A DNA stretch of 64,000 nucleotides, from NCBI GenBank assembly GCA_963733195.1, contig CAVTCR010000052.1:1-64000 (forward strand), given 5' to 3'. This DNA is from an uncultured delta proteobacterium (lineage in GTDB: Bacteria; Desulfobacterota; Binatia; Bin18). Both the position numbers and the translations under genes were made by a program. The notes under the pieces are model-generated. The model ran no database searches. It saw only the letters and a list, made by a program, of their open reading frames with translations, and was not told the origin of the DNA. Positions 10,550 through 21,778 of the stretch are shown piece by piece (the stretch's first letter is position 1; each line of letters opens with the position of its first letter).

Positions 10550-12224
10550 CCTCCGCCTCCATCTCCACCGGGTCAACGTGATAGAGCTGATGTGCCACCT
10601 CGGTCGCATGTTGCCGATCCCGCTCCCGGAACGCTCGCACGAGCTGCCTTATGTGATCAGGCATTATGCTATTCCGATCCGGCAATCTGACCCGCCGGAG
10701 GTATTGCGCCTGAAACCGTAGGTATCCACCCCGCATACGAACCCCGTAGGCGTCAATGAATAGTTGTCCCATGTCAGAAAGGAGTAACGCGCCTAGCACT
10801 TCAAGGTCCCACACATCTGACTGAATGAAATAGAGGTTATGATGTGGATATGTCGTCCCAAAGTCGAGCACGGGGTTGAAGCGGTCGGTAATGTCATGGA
10901 TGTAGAGCTTTGGTTTCGTAAGTAGCGAATGATTCACCCGGTCAATGGTACGATACCAACTCTGTGGGTTCTTTTGCGCTGTGTGTCGTCGTGACAGTGC
11001 GTCCCGATGATGAGCGAAATACGCCTGCAGACGCGGGTAGTCTTTGGATTTTACAAGCCCCTCCCGATCCCAAGGATCAATCAAATAATGGCCCGACCAT
11101 TGAAGGCGGCCTGGAGCAATGTCCATAGCCATTGCCAACGGCAGGAGCCGAGAGTGTTCAACGATGGTAGGGTCCTTTGTGATGAAGACATCATCGCATC
11201 CTGTTGCGACGCCGATGCCAACCCTAATCTGATGTCGCTCCGACTCCAAGGGGGCAAATTGGGTCTCAAGTCGTCTAAGAAGCGCTAACCGTTTCGGAGA
11301 CCCGCACGGCCACGGGGCCACACCTGAAAACCAACCGTCGATCGGAGCTGCTGAAAAACCATCAGAAGAGGTGAAGGCCTCACCCTTAGCCGCAGCTCGT
11401 ACAACGCTAGTTAGTGCATCCATGTCAATTGCTTCTATTGCGGCGCGTGTCCTGGCAACAACAGTCCTGCCCTGTTTCGCGCGCCGTAGTATCGTGAGAG
11501 CTGGGTAGGCGCTGACATCGACTGCAAAAGCACCCGCGTCGTGCATTTCGACGATAAGGTCGACGCTAAATTCGCTTGTCACCAACCGTCGCAACTCCGT
11601 TCCGTACTGGTTGCGCATCCACCGATCAGCGCAGATGAAGGCGCACACACCGTTCGGCTTGAGCAAGCGGAGGGAGGCCTCGAAAAAAGCGACATACAAA
11701 TCGGCTCGCCCCCGCATGGTCGGATAGAGGTCACGATAGAACCGTATGGTCTCAACTGGCATATCTTCCAAACGCACATACGGCGGGTTTCCAAATACGT
11801 AATCCGCCACAGGTAACCGTGACGCTTCGCATAGAAAGTCGCCAATGCGAATCCAGTGATTTGCTAAATCCACGGCCGTTCCTATAGGCACGCTCATGGA
11901 TTGCAGGGCGGAGACGATAGCACTGCGCGCCGTCTGTGCGCTCTGAGCGTTGATCTCATAAGCCAGGATGGAATTTCGGCAATCAGATAGGGGGCGGTTT
12001 TGCCTTCGGCACGAAGCAACGACACGGCGCACCATCTCGACCAGAAAGGCGCCTTCTCCAGCCGCAGGCTCCAACGCCACACTATCAACAAGATTTCTGC
12101 AAGAGAAGTACGCTGAGAGATCCAAGAGCAGGTCTACCACCTGCGGCTTCGTGTAGACGGCTCCTTTCCGCTCTGAGGTAAGGTAAGAGGAGGCTTCCCC
12201 CGGAAATAGCAATGATTGCTGCAT
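10539..12224 (-). CDS. N6-adenine DNA methyltransferase (M.PaeR7I/Eco57I-TaqI-like)
   Basis: GAVYT, LEPAAGEGAF, GNPPY, ADLYVAFFE, RFQAQYLRR. Confidence 0.92.
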   Translation of the reverse strand: MQQSLLFPGEASSYLTSERKGAVYTKPQVVDLLLDLSAYFSCRNLVDSVALEPAAGEGAFLVEMVRRVVASCRRQNRPLSDCRNSILAYEINAQSAQTARSAIVSALQSMSVPIGTAVDLANHWIRIGDFLCEASRLPVADYVFGNPPYVRLEDMPVETIRFYRDLYPTMRGRADLYVAFFEASLRLLKPNGVCAFICADRWMRNQYGTELRRLVTSEFSVDLIVEMHDAGAFAVDVSAYPALTILRRAKQGRTVVARTRAAIEAIDMDALTSVVRAAAKGEAFTSSDGFSAAPIDGWFSGVAPWPCGSPKRLALLRRLETQFAPLESERHQIRVGIGVATGCDDVFITKDPTIVEHSRLLPLAMAMDIAPGRLQWSGHYLIDPWDREGLVKSKDYPRLQAYFAHHRDALSRRHTAQKNPQSWYRTIDRVNHSLLTKPKLYIHDITDRFNPVLDFGTTYPHHNLYFIQSDVWDLEVLGALLLSDMGQLFIDAYGVRMRGGYLRFQAQYLRRVRLPDRNSIMPDHIRQLVRAFRERDRQHATEVAHQLYHVDPVEMEAEGGY

Positions 12225-12316
12225 GATTTCCTACGCTGTCCCGCGTTCGCTGAACAATTACAGCAAACCTACTTCTACTACAACGCTGCGGCCGCCATCG
12301 CAACGTGAGTGTCATC

Positions 12317-12375
12317 GCCCGGATGCAATCCGGGATTCCTGTCCCTGGATTTTGTAACAAGCTATTCAGGCTACG
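12317..12375. repeat. Degenerate GTAG-type REP doublet
   Basis: gcccggatgcaatccggga ... attcaggctacg, same family as 45585 and 50216. Confidence 0.65.
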
Positions 12376-12431
12376 TCTGCCTCACTACCTGTTGGGCAAT
12401 GCTGCGTTTTTTCTCAACCTATATTACTGTT

Positions 12432-13018
12432 TCAGCTCGGAGAGTCTGTTACTAAACGTGCGACATCGCATGTCATAACCATCAGGTCGCGTGTACGTCC
12501 CACACGGTCAATGACAAAGTCACGTAGCAACGCCTCTTGCTCAAATCCGTAACGCTTGACGGTGGCAATGGCTCCCTGCTGATCCGGTGTCATGTGTGCG
12601 ACGATCTTGCGTAACCCCATCTCGCGGGCAATGGCGAAGATCTCTGCCGCAAGTATTCGCCCTAAACCCCTCGAGCGATATTGCGGCCCGACTTGAACCC
12701 GGAGCTCGCCGAGATGTCGCTGCCAGGTGACTTCGTTATGATGCATGCTGGCATAGCCCACGACCTCTTGCTCGTCGCTCGGCAAGCACAGTGACCGTCA
12801 GCCCTGCTTTGATATTCTGCCCCCAGAGCATCACGACAAACGCTTTGGTGATATCGGTACGCAGAAACAGTAAGTCATCCTCAGGTAATGATCGTGCAAA
12901 AGTGACGATCCGGTGGCTATCTGCAGGTGTCATCAAGCGCAAATTGAAGGTAGTGTTGCTTTCGAGGGAAACGGTGCGTGGGTATGGGCGTTGAATCTTG
13001 ACGTTGTCCTTCTTCCAT
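12432..13018 (-). CDS. GNAT family acetyltransferase (frameshifted in assembly)
   Basis: ORF pieces 12736-12942 and 12432-12785; YRSRGLG motif A; AAGGAG RBS before ATG 13018. Confidence 0.75.
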
Positions 13019-13119
13019 ACAGGCTCCTTTTGCCGTGAGATTGTATTCCTACCTCTTGTATTCTGGAAAAATCAAGGGAACGATTGACAAAGATTCCCCG
13101 AGCCTTGAAAGTCAGTATT

Positions 13120-14340
13120 ATGAATCGTCCCCTCTTTGTTCTTGCCCTTGCACTCTTTGCCACCATGTTAGGCAATGGCATCGTCATGCCATTTATGCCG
13201 CTCTATGCGCAACAATTCAGCGCGAGTGGCGCCGTGATGGGCGCGTTGTTTGGGGCTCACTCTGCGGCTCGCACCTTCCTGTTGCCGTTCATCGGCCGTG
13301 CGTCTGACCGCCATGGTAGAAAAACGTTCCTGCTCGGCGGACTCCTTTTCTATACGATAACGTCGATTGCCTATCTTCTGGCCAACAGTCTGAGTGCGCT
13401 GTTTTTGGTCATGGCGCTGCAAGGCATCGCCACGGCAATGGTCCAGCCAGTTGCGTTGGCGTATGTCGCTGACCTTACTCCGAAAGGGAAGGAAGGTGCG
13501 TACGCTGGTTACGCGAACACTGCCTTTATGGCGGGAGTTGCTGGTGGTCCTATTCTTGGCGGGGTGATTAAAGACCTCTACAGCATGCAGGCGAGCTTTA
13601 TTTCGTTGGGGGTACTGAGTTTTCTGTCGTTGCTTTTGTTGTTCGTGTTTCTTCCGGAATCCCAACAGCACCACCACAGAGCTGCTGCCCAAGCAAGTGC
13701 GACTCCGTGGCGTGTGATTCTCTCGTCTCGGCCAATTCTTGGTGTCAGCTTTTTTCGTATTGTCTATGCGCTCGCCAATACGATCATCTGGGTGTTCGTT
13801 CCTCTACTGGTGTCGCATCTGTTGCCGTTGAGCACCACGCAAGTCGGCGCGTTAATCTCACTGAATGTTCTTATCAGCACGGTGCTTCAGCCCATATGTG
13901 GACGATTGGCAGATCGGGTGAACAAAAGCGTGCTCATTATCGTCGGTGGATCAGTGAGTGCCCTTGCGCTCACTGGTTTTCCGCTCGCATCGCATTTCTG
14001 GCATTTGCTGATCCTCAATGCGTTTATCGGTATTGGCTTCGGCATGTCGTATCCAGCGCACATCGCATTGGCAATGGAACACGCACCTAGCGCCAGTATG
14101 GGGGCAGTGATGAGCGTGTTGCTGACTGTTCATAGTCTGGCGATGACGGTCGCACCCCTCATCTTTGGCTTTATTGTCGATCACTATGCTTTGGGCAGTG
14201 TGTTTTATAGTGCGGGCCTGCTGAGCCTTATTGCCGTGGGCATCTGCTACGTGTTGACAAGCACGGCAGCAAATCCAGTACCGGAGAGTATCGTTGCTAC
14301 AGAAAAACAGACAGTGACAGGATCTACCGGACCAACGTGA
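13120..14340 (+). CDS. MFS transporter (DHA1-like)
   Basis: about 12 hydrophobic segments, GRASDRHGRK motif A, GRLADRV repeat. Confidence 0.92.
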   Translation: MNRPLFVLALALFATMLGNGIVMPFMPLYAQQFSASGAVMGALFGAHSAARTFLLPFIGRASDRHGRKTFLLGGLLFYTITSIAYLLANSLSALFLVMALQGIATAMVQPVALAYVADLTPKGKEGAYAGYANTAFMAGVAGGPILGGVIKDLYSMQASFISLGVLSFLSLLLLFVFLPESQQHHHRAAAQASATPWRVILSSRPILGVSFFRIVYALANTIIWVFVPLLVSHLLPLSTTQVGALISLNVLISTVLQPICGRLADRVNKSVLIIVGGSVSALALTGFPLASHFWHLLILNAFIGIGFGMSYPAHIALAMEHAPSASMGAVMSVLLTVHSLAMTVAPLIFGFIVDHYALGSVFYSAGLLSLIAVGICYVLTSTAANPVPESIVATEKQTVTGSTGPT

Positions 14341-14449
14341 TGGCGACAACGACACAGAGAGGAAGTGAGGTAATTGGCAGGCTTGCTCTGCTGTGGGCAA
14401 GGTGCTACGACGCGAGAAAGGTAACTTGTGTGATACAAAGGAGGGAGTT

Positions 14450-14899
14450 ATGAGCACACAGGCTTCACAGGAAGAAATGAAGACAAGCATTGCCCACTTT
14501 CGCGACCTCAAACCGATTGACTACGCCAGTTTTATCAAAAATTACAAACCAGATGGAACACAAGGCTATGCGTTGATTGGACGTGCAGGAAGGACCGAGC
14601 CTGCGATTACCGGAGAACATGGCTTCACCATGGCGGTGAACAAAGTGAGTCCAGGTAAAGGTGCCCCGTTACATAGCCACACCAAGCCGGAAGTGTTTGT
14701 AGTTCTGGCTGGGCAATGTACATTTTTCTGGGGCGAGAAGGGAGAACACGAGGTGACCCTTGGGCCGTGGGATACCATCTCTTTCCCTACTGGAACAATG
14801 GAGGGTTTCCGTAACGTCGGCTCGGAAGAAGCAACGCTCTTGGTCGTATTGAGCGGCTCAGAAGTTGGGGAAGTAAAATTTCAGAAGAATGCTGCCTGA
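14450..14899 (+). CDS. Cupin domain protein
   Basis: PLHSHTKPEVFVVL..G, DTISFPTG; GGAGG RBS. Confidence 0.85.
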   Translation: MSTQASQEEMKTSIAHFRDLKPIDYASFIKNYKPDGTQGYALIGRAGRTEPAITGEHGFTMAVNKVSPGKGAPLHSHTKPEVFVVLAGQCTFFWGEKGEHEVTLGPWDTISFPTGTMEGFRNVGSEEATLLVVLSGSEVGEVKFQKNAA

Positions 14900-15137
14900 G
14901 CGGTGAATGATCTGTCATACCATTCGGAGGGGCGGCCCCCGGCCCCTCCATTAATGGGTTGATGCTTTCCTCCCCCTTTTGTCTACTGCTCACGCGCGAT
15001 GCGCCAATACAGAGCAGCAGGCCAACAAATGCCGCACTGCCACAAATGATCCGTTCGAGCAGACCGAAGGACAACAGAAAGCCTGTCAACCCAATCGCAA
15101 GCAGCAGTAGTCCAACAACCGCGAGATAGATAATCAT
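14787..15137 (-). CDS. Small 2-TM hypothetical membrane protein (3' end uncertain, may stop near hairpin 14926-14949)
   Basis: two hydrophobic stretches at N-terminus; tail overlaps the cupin antisense. Confidence 0.45.
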   Translation of the reverse strand: MIIYLAVVGLLLLAIGLTGFLLSFGLLERIICGSAAFVGLLLCIGASRVSSRQKGEESINPLMEGPGAAPPNGMTDHSPLRQHSSEILLPQLLSRSIRPRALLLPSRRYGNPPLFQ

Positions 15138-15176
15138 AGCGATGGTAGCCTATAGATGCGTAGGGGCTTCGGCAAC

Positions 15177-16697
15177 TTACTTCCGATCTAATGCCCGGTA
15201 CTGAATCGCTTCGGCGAGATGCGAACCTTTAACATGCTCTTCTCCTGCGAGGTCAGCAATCGTGCGTGCAACTTTGAGGATGCGTGTGTAGGCACGTGCA
15301 CTAAGGCCCAAGCGTGACATCGCGTTTTCAAGGAGCTTCTCGCCAGTCGCATCAAGCTGGCAAAATTTACGAATATCGCGACTACTCATCTGTGCATTGC
15401 AGAAGATCGTTCGTCCGGAGAAGCGCTTGAGTTGTCCATCGCGCGCCTGATTAATCCGAATACGGATCGCACTGGAGTCCTCACTCGTAGTGCTCTGGCT
15501 GAGTTCCTTATACTTGACGGCCGGCACTTCGATCTGAATGTCGATGCGATCAAGTAGCGGGCCAGAGATCTTAGCTCGATAGCGCTGTACCTGTTGTGGT
15601 GCGCAGGTGCACTCGTGCTGAGTATCGCCAAGGAACCCGCACAGGCACGGGTTCATCGCACACACCAACATGATACTTGCCGGATAGGTAATAGAGCCGA
15701 CCGCACGTGAGATCGTGACTTTCGCGTCTTCCAGCGGCTGTCGCAATACTTCCAGGACGTTCTTGCGAAACTCGGGTAATTCGTCAAGGAATAACACTCC
15801 GTGATGAGCCAGTGACACTTCCCCTGGTTTCGGGATGGCACCGCCGCCAATCAACCCTGCATCAGAGATCGTATGGTGTGGAGCACGGAACGGACGAGTA
15901 GCGATTAACGCTTGTCCATCCATCAATCCTGCTACGCTGTGGACTTTAGTAGCTTCGATCGCTTCGGCCAGCGTCATATCAGGGAGGATTGTTGGTAACC
16001 GTCGTGCGAGCATGGTTTTTCCCGCTCCTGGCGGACCAACTAGCAGGACGTTATGTCCTCCGGCAGCTGCGACTTCGAGCGCACGCTTGACGTGCTCTTG
16101 GCCTTTGACGTCGTTGAAGTCAACTTCATAGCGAGAATGGGAAGCAAACAGCGTGTGCAAATCGACACGGGTGGGAGCGACAGGTTGTTCGTCATTGAGA
16201 AACACGAATGCTTCACTTAACGTAGCCACCCCGATGACGTCGATACCTTCAACAACCGCGGCTTCTGCGGCATTTTCGATCGGAACAATGAGCCCCTTCA
16301 AACCTTTCTCATGCGCCATGACCGCAAGTGGAAGAGCACCATGCACGGATTTGACTCGTCCGTCGAGGGACAATTCACCGAGCAGGGCATATTCGGCAAG
16401 GTGGTCTTTAGCGAGTATCCCTTCTGCTGCGAGAATACCGAGAGCGATCGGCAAATCGTACGCCGATCCTTCCTTCTTCAGATCAGCAGGCGCGAGGTTG
16501 ACCGTGATTTTGCGCGGAGGAAACTCGTAGCCGGAGTTCTTAATGGCAGAGCGTACACGATCTTTACTTTCCCGCACTGCACCTTCGGGAAGGCCGACAG
16601 TAGTGAACTGTGGTAATCCGAACGCGGCATCAACTTCGACTTCAACCAGAAGACCGTCAATTCCAACTAAAGCACCTGAGAGGATGGTGGCAAGCAT
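15177..16697 (-). CDS. comM: YifB/ComM family Mg-chelatase-like AAA+ ATPase
   Basis: [43 protein letters not shown]. Confidence 0.95.
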   Translation of the reverse strand: MLATILSGALVGIDGLLVEVEVDAAFGLPQFTTVGLPEGAVRESKDRVRSAIKNSGYEFPPRKITVNLAPADLKKEGSAYDLPIALGILAAEGILAKDHLAEYALLGELSLDGRVKSVHGALPLAVMAHEKGLKGLIVPIENAAEAAVVEGIDVIGVATLSEAFVFLNDEQPVAPTRVDLHTLFASHSRYEVDFNDVKGQEHVKRALEVAAAGGHNVLLVGPPGAGKTMLARRLPTILPDMTLAEAIEATKVHSVAGLMDGQALIATRPFRAPHHTISDAGLIGGGAIPKPGEVSLAHHGVLFLDELPEFRKNVLEVLRQPLEDAKVTISRAVGSITYPASIMLVCAMNPCLCGFLGDTQHECTCAPQQVQRYRAKISGPLLDRIDIQIEVPAVKYKELSQSTTSEDSSAIRIRINQARDGQLKRFSGRTIFCNAQMSSRDIRKFCQLDATGEKLLENAMSRLGLSARAYTRILKVARTIADLAGEEHVKGSHLAEAIQYRALDRK

Positions 16698-16739
16698 AAC
16701 CAGTGGTGCTAGCGAAAGTAGAGGGAAAAAGCAAGAAAG

Positions 16740-16806
16740 AGGCTATAGCTTTAGGCTGAAGGCTTTAGGGGAATTGCCTACCTTTTAGCCTGTAGCCTGA
16801 AGCCTT
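16740..16806. repeat. AGGCTGA/AGGCTTT short-repeat inverted element
   Basis: ggctatagctttaggctgaaggctttagg ... tagcctgtagcctgaagcct. Confidence 0.7.
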
Positions 16807-16868
16807 GCCCCAGTGATAAGGTGCGGACCGCAAGAAAACAAACTGACTACAGAGAAGGAGGGTTGATC

Positions 16869-17810
16869 ATGGCGCGATTAGGAATTGTCATTGCGAATTT
16901 TTCTGGTCTTTCATTTGCTGAGTTACAACAGCTCGCACGGGAAGCTGAGTCCGCTGGTTTTGAAGCCGTCTTTTCACCGGAGTTCATGAATGACTCGTTG
17001 GCCAACTGCCTGCTTATGGCGCAGGCAACCTCGAAGATTAAAGTAGGAACGTGGATAGCGAACATTTACCTGCGTCACCCGGCGCTGTGCGCACAGACTG
17101 CGGTCGCGATCGATGATGCATCAAGAGGCCGGTTAGTGCTCGGATTGGGTGTGAGTCACCGTCCACTCGTCGAAGGTGTCTACAAAGAGACGATGGATCA
17201 GCCTCGTGAGCTGCTTCGTAACTACATTTCGACGGTCCGTAATATTACTACCGGCAAGGGGTATCCGGACGCGCCGATGCCGCCACGTGCTGCAACCTAC
17301 AAAGTGCCGATCTACGTTGCTGCCTTAGCGTTGGGCACTGTCGAACTGTGTGGAGAATTAGCGGATGGTACGATGCTCTATTTGTTTCCCAAGAGTCGGA
17401 TGCCTAAAATCCTCAACGCCTTAGAACGCGGTGCGACGAAGGGTGGGCGGAAAGTCTCTGCGGTTGATATCACCACTGGCCTACCAGCGTGTATCAGTGA
17501 TGATCTCACTGCTGCTCGCACGACTGCCAAGAATAATCTTGCCTTCTATGGGAGACTGCCGTTCTATAACAAACTGTTCCACAATAGCGGATTCGTGCAG
17601 GAGGCTGCAGCGCTCGCCAAAGGCGACGCGACCGGTACCTCAGACCGTATGGCCGAAGAAGTATCACTCATCGGTCCACCCTCGCGTTGTCGCGAACAAC
17701 TCGCTGCATTCCGTGAAGCTGGAGTGCAACTGCCAATCATTTCGCCAGTTGCAGTCGGCAATCAGACCTATGCCCAGGCAGTGCGTAAGGCGATTGAGAC
17801 GTTCGCCTAA
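16869..17810 (+). CDS. LLM class flavin(F420)-dependent oxidoreductase
   Basis: KVGTWIANIYLRHPA, SRGRLVLGLGVSH, PIYVAA, ELADG. Confidence 0.88.
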   Translation: MARLGIVIANFSGLSFAELQQLAREAESAGFEAVFSPEFMNDSLANCLLMAQATSKIKVGTWIANIYLRHPALCAQTAVAIDDASRGRLVLGLGVSHRPLVEGVYKETMDQPRELLRNYISTVRNITTGKGYPDAPMPPRAATYKVPIYVAALALGTVELCGELADGTMLYLFPKSRMPKILNALERGATKGGRKVSAVDITTGLPACISDDLTAARTTAKNNLAFYGRLPFYNKLFHNSGFVQEAAALAKGDATGTSDRMAEEVSLIGPPSRCREQLAAFREAGVQLPIISPVAVGNQTYAQAVRKAIETFA

Positions 17811-17947
17811 TAGGGACTAGGGACTGGGGGTTAGGAGTTGGGAAGAAGAAAAAACAAAAGTCAAAGTGCGAAAGTCAAAAGTAAAAAAACAGCAGACTTG
17901 AAGGCTGTCCCTTTTTCCCCAGCCCCTAGCCCCCAACCCCCAACCCC
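17811..17947. repeat. Heptamer inverted element (TAGGGAC.../CCCCAAC) with nested AAAAGTC units
   Basis: tagggactagggactgggggttagg ... ccccagcccctagcccccaacccccaacccc. Confidence 0.75.
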
Positions 17948-19017
17948 TTCTTCGGAAGCTCCCACCGCTCGCCGATCGCCATCACCCGAACTGGATCGAG
18001 GCTACCGCCAGCGGCTGTGACGACGCGCCGTAGTTCGCGCGGTGGTTCGTCGATCGGTTCATCAGTAAGTTTGAACGTTCCCCAATGGCATGGCAGTAGC
18101 CATTTCGCGTCGAGATCTAAAAACGCTTGATAGGCCTCGGCTGGGTTTAGATGTTGGTAGCGCATCACCCAACGCGGTTCGTATGCACCGATGGGAAGCA
18201 TAGCGACATCGATCGGACCAAAGCGTTTGCCGATCTCTTTGAAGCCATGAAAGTAGCCGGTATCGCCGGCAAAGAAATACGTGCGTTCCCCAGACGAAAT
18301 CACCCACGCGCACCAGAGCGTCGAGTTTTGGCCATGCTCGATGCGTTGTGACCAGTGTTGTGACGGTACACAGGTGACTTGCCAGCGCCCGTGCTGAGCC
18401 GTTTGCCACCAGTTAAGCTCGATCACATTGTGAGGTCCGCGTTTACGAATCCATTCCCCTAAGCCCATGGGAACAAACCAGGTGACGGTAGCAGGCAGAG
18501 TTTTCACGGTGTAGGCATCAAGGTGGTCATAGTGGTTATGAGAAACCACTGCGAACGCAGAGCCGGGAATTGAGGAGATCGGTACCCCAGGTGGATGATA
18601 ACGTTTGGGAAGTAGCGCACGTGTATTGAATTGTGGATCGGTGAGAAAAACATCTTCATCGTCATGCACGACGAAAGTGGAATGACCGACCCAGGTGACT
18701 GATGCCGAATTTTCCGGTGTGGCAAACGAGGCGCCAGTGTTTTCCACCCGGGGCACGTCAGGCGGAACGCGTCGTTCTCCAGTGTACGCGCTTCGTGAGG
18801 TCCACCAGCGGAAAATTGTCGACCACTTCTTCTGCTGCGGATGCCACGGATTAAACCACGCTCCGGGTTCACCATGTGGCGCGTACAGCGAGGCGGTGTC
18901 GGTTGATAGGGGTGTGAGGGGACGGTCTGCAGGAACTGCGCAGGCAGCGACAATAAGACAGATCGCGAGAAGAACGAAGGGGCGAAAGGGTGAAGGGGTG
19001 AAAGGGTGAAGTCTCAC
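17926..19017 (-). CDS. MBL-fold metallohydrolase, NAPE-PLD/RomA-like, probable lipoprotein
   Basis: SHNHYDHLD, GDTG, PIGAYEPR, HWGTF; lipobox-like IVAAC. Confidence 0.9.
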   Translation of the reverse strand: MRLHPFTPSPFRPFVLLAICLIVAACAVPADRPLTPLSTDTASLYAPHGEPGAWFNPWHPQQKKWSTIFRWWTSRSAYTGERRVPPDVPRVENTGASFATPENSASVTWVGHSTFVVHDDEDVFLTDPQFNTRALLPKRYHPPGVPISSIPGSAFAVVSHNHYDHLDAYTVKTLPATVTWFVPMGLGEWIRKRGPHNVIELNWWQTAQHGRWQVTCVPSQHWSQRIEHGQNSTLWCAWVISSGERTYFFAGDTGYFHGFKEIGKRFGPIDVAMLPIGAYEPRWVMRYQHLNPAEAYQAFLDLDAKWLLPCHWGTFKLTDEPIDEPPRELRRVVTAAGGSLDPVRVMAIGERWELPKKGLGVGG

Positions 19018-19235
19018 AATAGTGAAGAATTAAGAGTGAAGAGTGAAGAATGCAAGAGGAGAACGAGAAGAATGAAAAATGAAGAGTGAAGAAGAAACAA
19101 GGCTATAGGCTTCAGGCTGAAGGCTGAAGAAAGGAAGCGTCCTTGATCCTCAGCTTTATATCCTTCTATTCCTTTTCCTTGCCTCTTTATTTCTTTGTTC
19201 TTTTCTTCCATTTCTCCATTTCCCGTTTCGCCTAT
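18975..19235. repeat. Mosaic of 7-8-mer tandem repeats (AAGGGTGA, GAGTGAA/GAATGAA, AGGCTGA)
   Basis: directly visible purine-rich then pyrimidine-rich tandem units. Confidence 0.75.
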
Positions 19236-19266
19236 GTTCTCCTTTCTCTTACGCTTTGCAAGCTGG

Positions 19267-19924
19267 CTAGCGTACAACAATTCCATGTCCCGAGAGAAAC
19301 CCATGATGCGTCGAATGTCCATGGGGAAAGAACAGCCCTCGTGAACGTCTACGTACACCAGGGAAGAAATGGGAGTGAGGCACCAATCGTCCTCGACGAA
19401 AACCATAGGGATAGTGAGAAACATACGGCACACCCCAATACGAAGCATAAGGGGAGAGGTACCCGTAATAGGGAATGCCCCAGGGCTCTCGTTCGACATA
19501 ACGGACTCCAGCTTCGGGTTGCTGCTGAATAATGATGGTCGGTGGTGAGGGTGATGGTTGGCGAACTGCTTGGAGTGTGGTTTTGAGTAATTCGTTCGTC
19601 ATCTCCATTTGCCGCTCCGCGGCTAGGAGCCCACGTTCAACGCCACGCTCATAGGCAGTTGTTGGTTCTGTTAGCAGTGGAGGAGGAGAAGCTGGCGCTG
19701 GATTCTCCGGCGCCAGCCTTTCCCGCAAGTTTTGAGGTGAACTGCTGAGCTGAAGTTCGGTGCACTTCCGGGACTGCTTCTGGATCGTTGCTCAAATGCA
19801 AGGCTCCACCTTCGCCCTTCCAGGCAAAAACTGTTGCGTGTACGACAGTGTTTGAAGAAATCAAGAATAAGCTGATTAGCAGTGCCACCGGTGACAAGAA
19901 GAGAAACAGGTTTATCATACCCAC
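19267..19924 (-). CDS. DUF4124-like secreted protein (frameshifted)
   Basis: signal peptide, VFAWKGEGGALHLSNDPEAVP, Pro/Tyr/Gly-rich tail; two ORF halves. Confidence 0.65.
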
Positions 19925-20036
19925 ACCTCATTGGTCACTTATGGTAAGCGAAAGCTGCTGACTGTCAACGTCGCTTTTCCTGATTGCAGATTGCTCGGAG
20001 ATACGCCACAATCCGCAATAAAATAAAGGAGGAATG

Positions 20037-21297
20037 ATGGCGCAAGAAACCAACGGCAAAAAGAAACTCCTCTCCGGGGATCAAAGTCATCGATTTCACC
20101 CAATATTTGGCCGGCCCTTCGGCAACGCGCATCCTGGCTGATTTAGGAGCCGATGTGGTGAAGATTGAACGTGCACCTGATGGTGATCTTGGGCGAAAAA
20201 TTCATATGGTCGACCCAGGAATCAGTGCGTTCTTCATCGCTGCCAGTGCCGGCAAGAAAAGTGTTGGGGTCGATTTCCGACACCCTAAGGCTTTAGAGAT
20301 CGTTCGTGACTTGGTCCGACAGTGTGATGTTGCTGTCGAGAATTATAGCCCGGGTATCATGGCGAAATATGGTCTCGATTATGAATCACTGAAGAAGGTC
20401 AACCCCCGCCTCATTATGTGCTCAGTGTCAGGGTATGGCCAAGATGGTCCGTATGCCAAGTTCACCAGCTTTGACATCATCGCCCAGGCACAGAGTGGTG
20501 TCATGTCTATGACTGGTGAACCTGACGGCCCACCTGAATATGTCGGTAACTATTTCGGTGATCCGAACGCTGGGATTCACGGTGCATTAGCGATATGTGC
20601 AGCGTTATTCTCACGGACGATGACCGGCGAAGGCCAGTACATTGACATCTCGCAACTTGAATCCTTGCTATATCTCGATTACATCAACGTTCCGCTCTAC
20701 ATGATGAGCGATGGTGCGATTCGTCCACATCGCTTTGGTGGCGACTTCTTCAACATCTGCCCATATGGCGTATACAAAGCCAAGAAAGGCTACATTGCCT
20801 TTGCCGTGGCCGAGCATCAATGGGCACCATTAGTGAAAGCGATGGGCATGCCGGAACTCGCAACCGATACACGATATGACACACAGAAGGCCCGCTGTGC
20901 TCGTCGTCCAGAGGTGGGAAAGTATATTGAAGATTGGTTGCAGACCTTTGCTGATGACGAAACTCCGCTCAAGATCTTGCTTGAGGCGCGCATTCCAGTC
21001 GCCCCAGTGCTCGATATTCCAGGAGCAGTTGCGCACCCACAGTTAGCTGCACGCGAGTTGTTCCAGACCTTGCCACATCCAATTCTCGGTTCGACGCCAG
21101 TGGCGAAATCGCCATTTCACATCTCAAACGCAACGGTAGAAATCCCCTTCCGCGCGCCGTTGTTTGGTGAACACAACGAGGAAATTCTCCAGAACCGCCT
21201 CGGCTACACACCCGAGCAGATCGCAGCGCTGTATCGTGATGGCATTCTTGTTCGTGAAGCGAAGGTGCAGGAGTTGAGAGAACAAGGGAAATTGTAA
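20037..21297 (+). CDS. CaiB/BaiF family III CoA-transferase (5' frameshift near 20075)
   Basis: AGPSATRILADLGADVVKIE, ENYSPG, SGYGQDGPY, APLFGEH. Confidence 0.92.
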
Positions 21298-21478
21298 CCT
21301 TACGCCGGATGGGCGCAAAGGCGAAATGGGGAACCTGGCGAAGAAGGCCGACCGGGAATTCAGGTTCACCAGTCGTTAGTAGCAATCAGATCGGGAGCAG
21401 ACGTAAAAACGATTCTCCCGCTCTGGAGGAGGACTAGAATCTGAGCGCAGCGACAGCAGCATGAGAGGAGACGGCCCA

Positions 21479-21778
21479 ATGGCAGCACAGCAAAGACCAG
21501 CAGTGATCATGGAAGAAGTGACCAATCCCGAAGAGCTTGCCAAAGCACGGGTACGGCGAGAACGGTTCGATCGCAACTGGGCGTGGTTTCAGGCCCACGT
21601 TCCGGAAATCTACTCCCAGCATCGTGGCAAATGCATTTGTATAGCTGGTGAGGAGTTATTTACCGCTGATACTCCCAAAGAGGCCATTGCGTTGGCTACT
21701 GCAACCCATCCCGAGGATGAAGGGCGATTCGTTCATTACATTCCTCGTGAGAAGGTCATACGGATTTATGCGTATTAA
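21479..21778 (+). CDS. DUF5678-like small protein
   Basis: WFQAH..IYSQHRGKCICIAGEELF pattern; overlaps next start. Confidence 0.6.
   Translation: MAAQQRPAVIMEEVTNPEELAKARVRRERFDRNWAWFQAHVPEIYSQHRGKCICIAGEELFTADTPKEAIALATATHPEDEGRFVHYIPREKVIRIYAY

Noticed and set aside
17811-19260. Repeat patches as a CRISPR array, or the short ORFs over them as genes
   Set aside because: No constant repeat with unique spacers, no cas genes, and low-complexity translations
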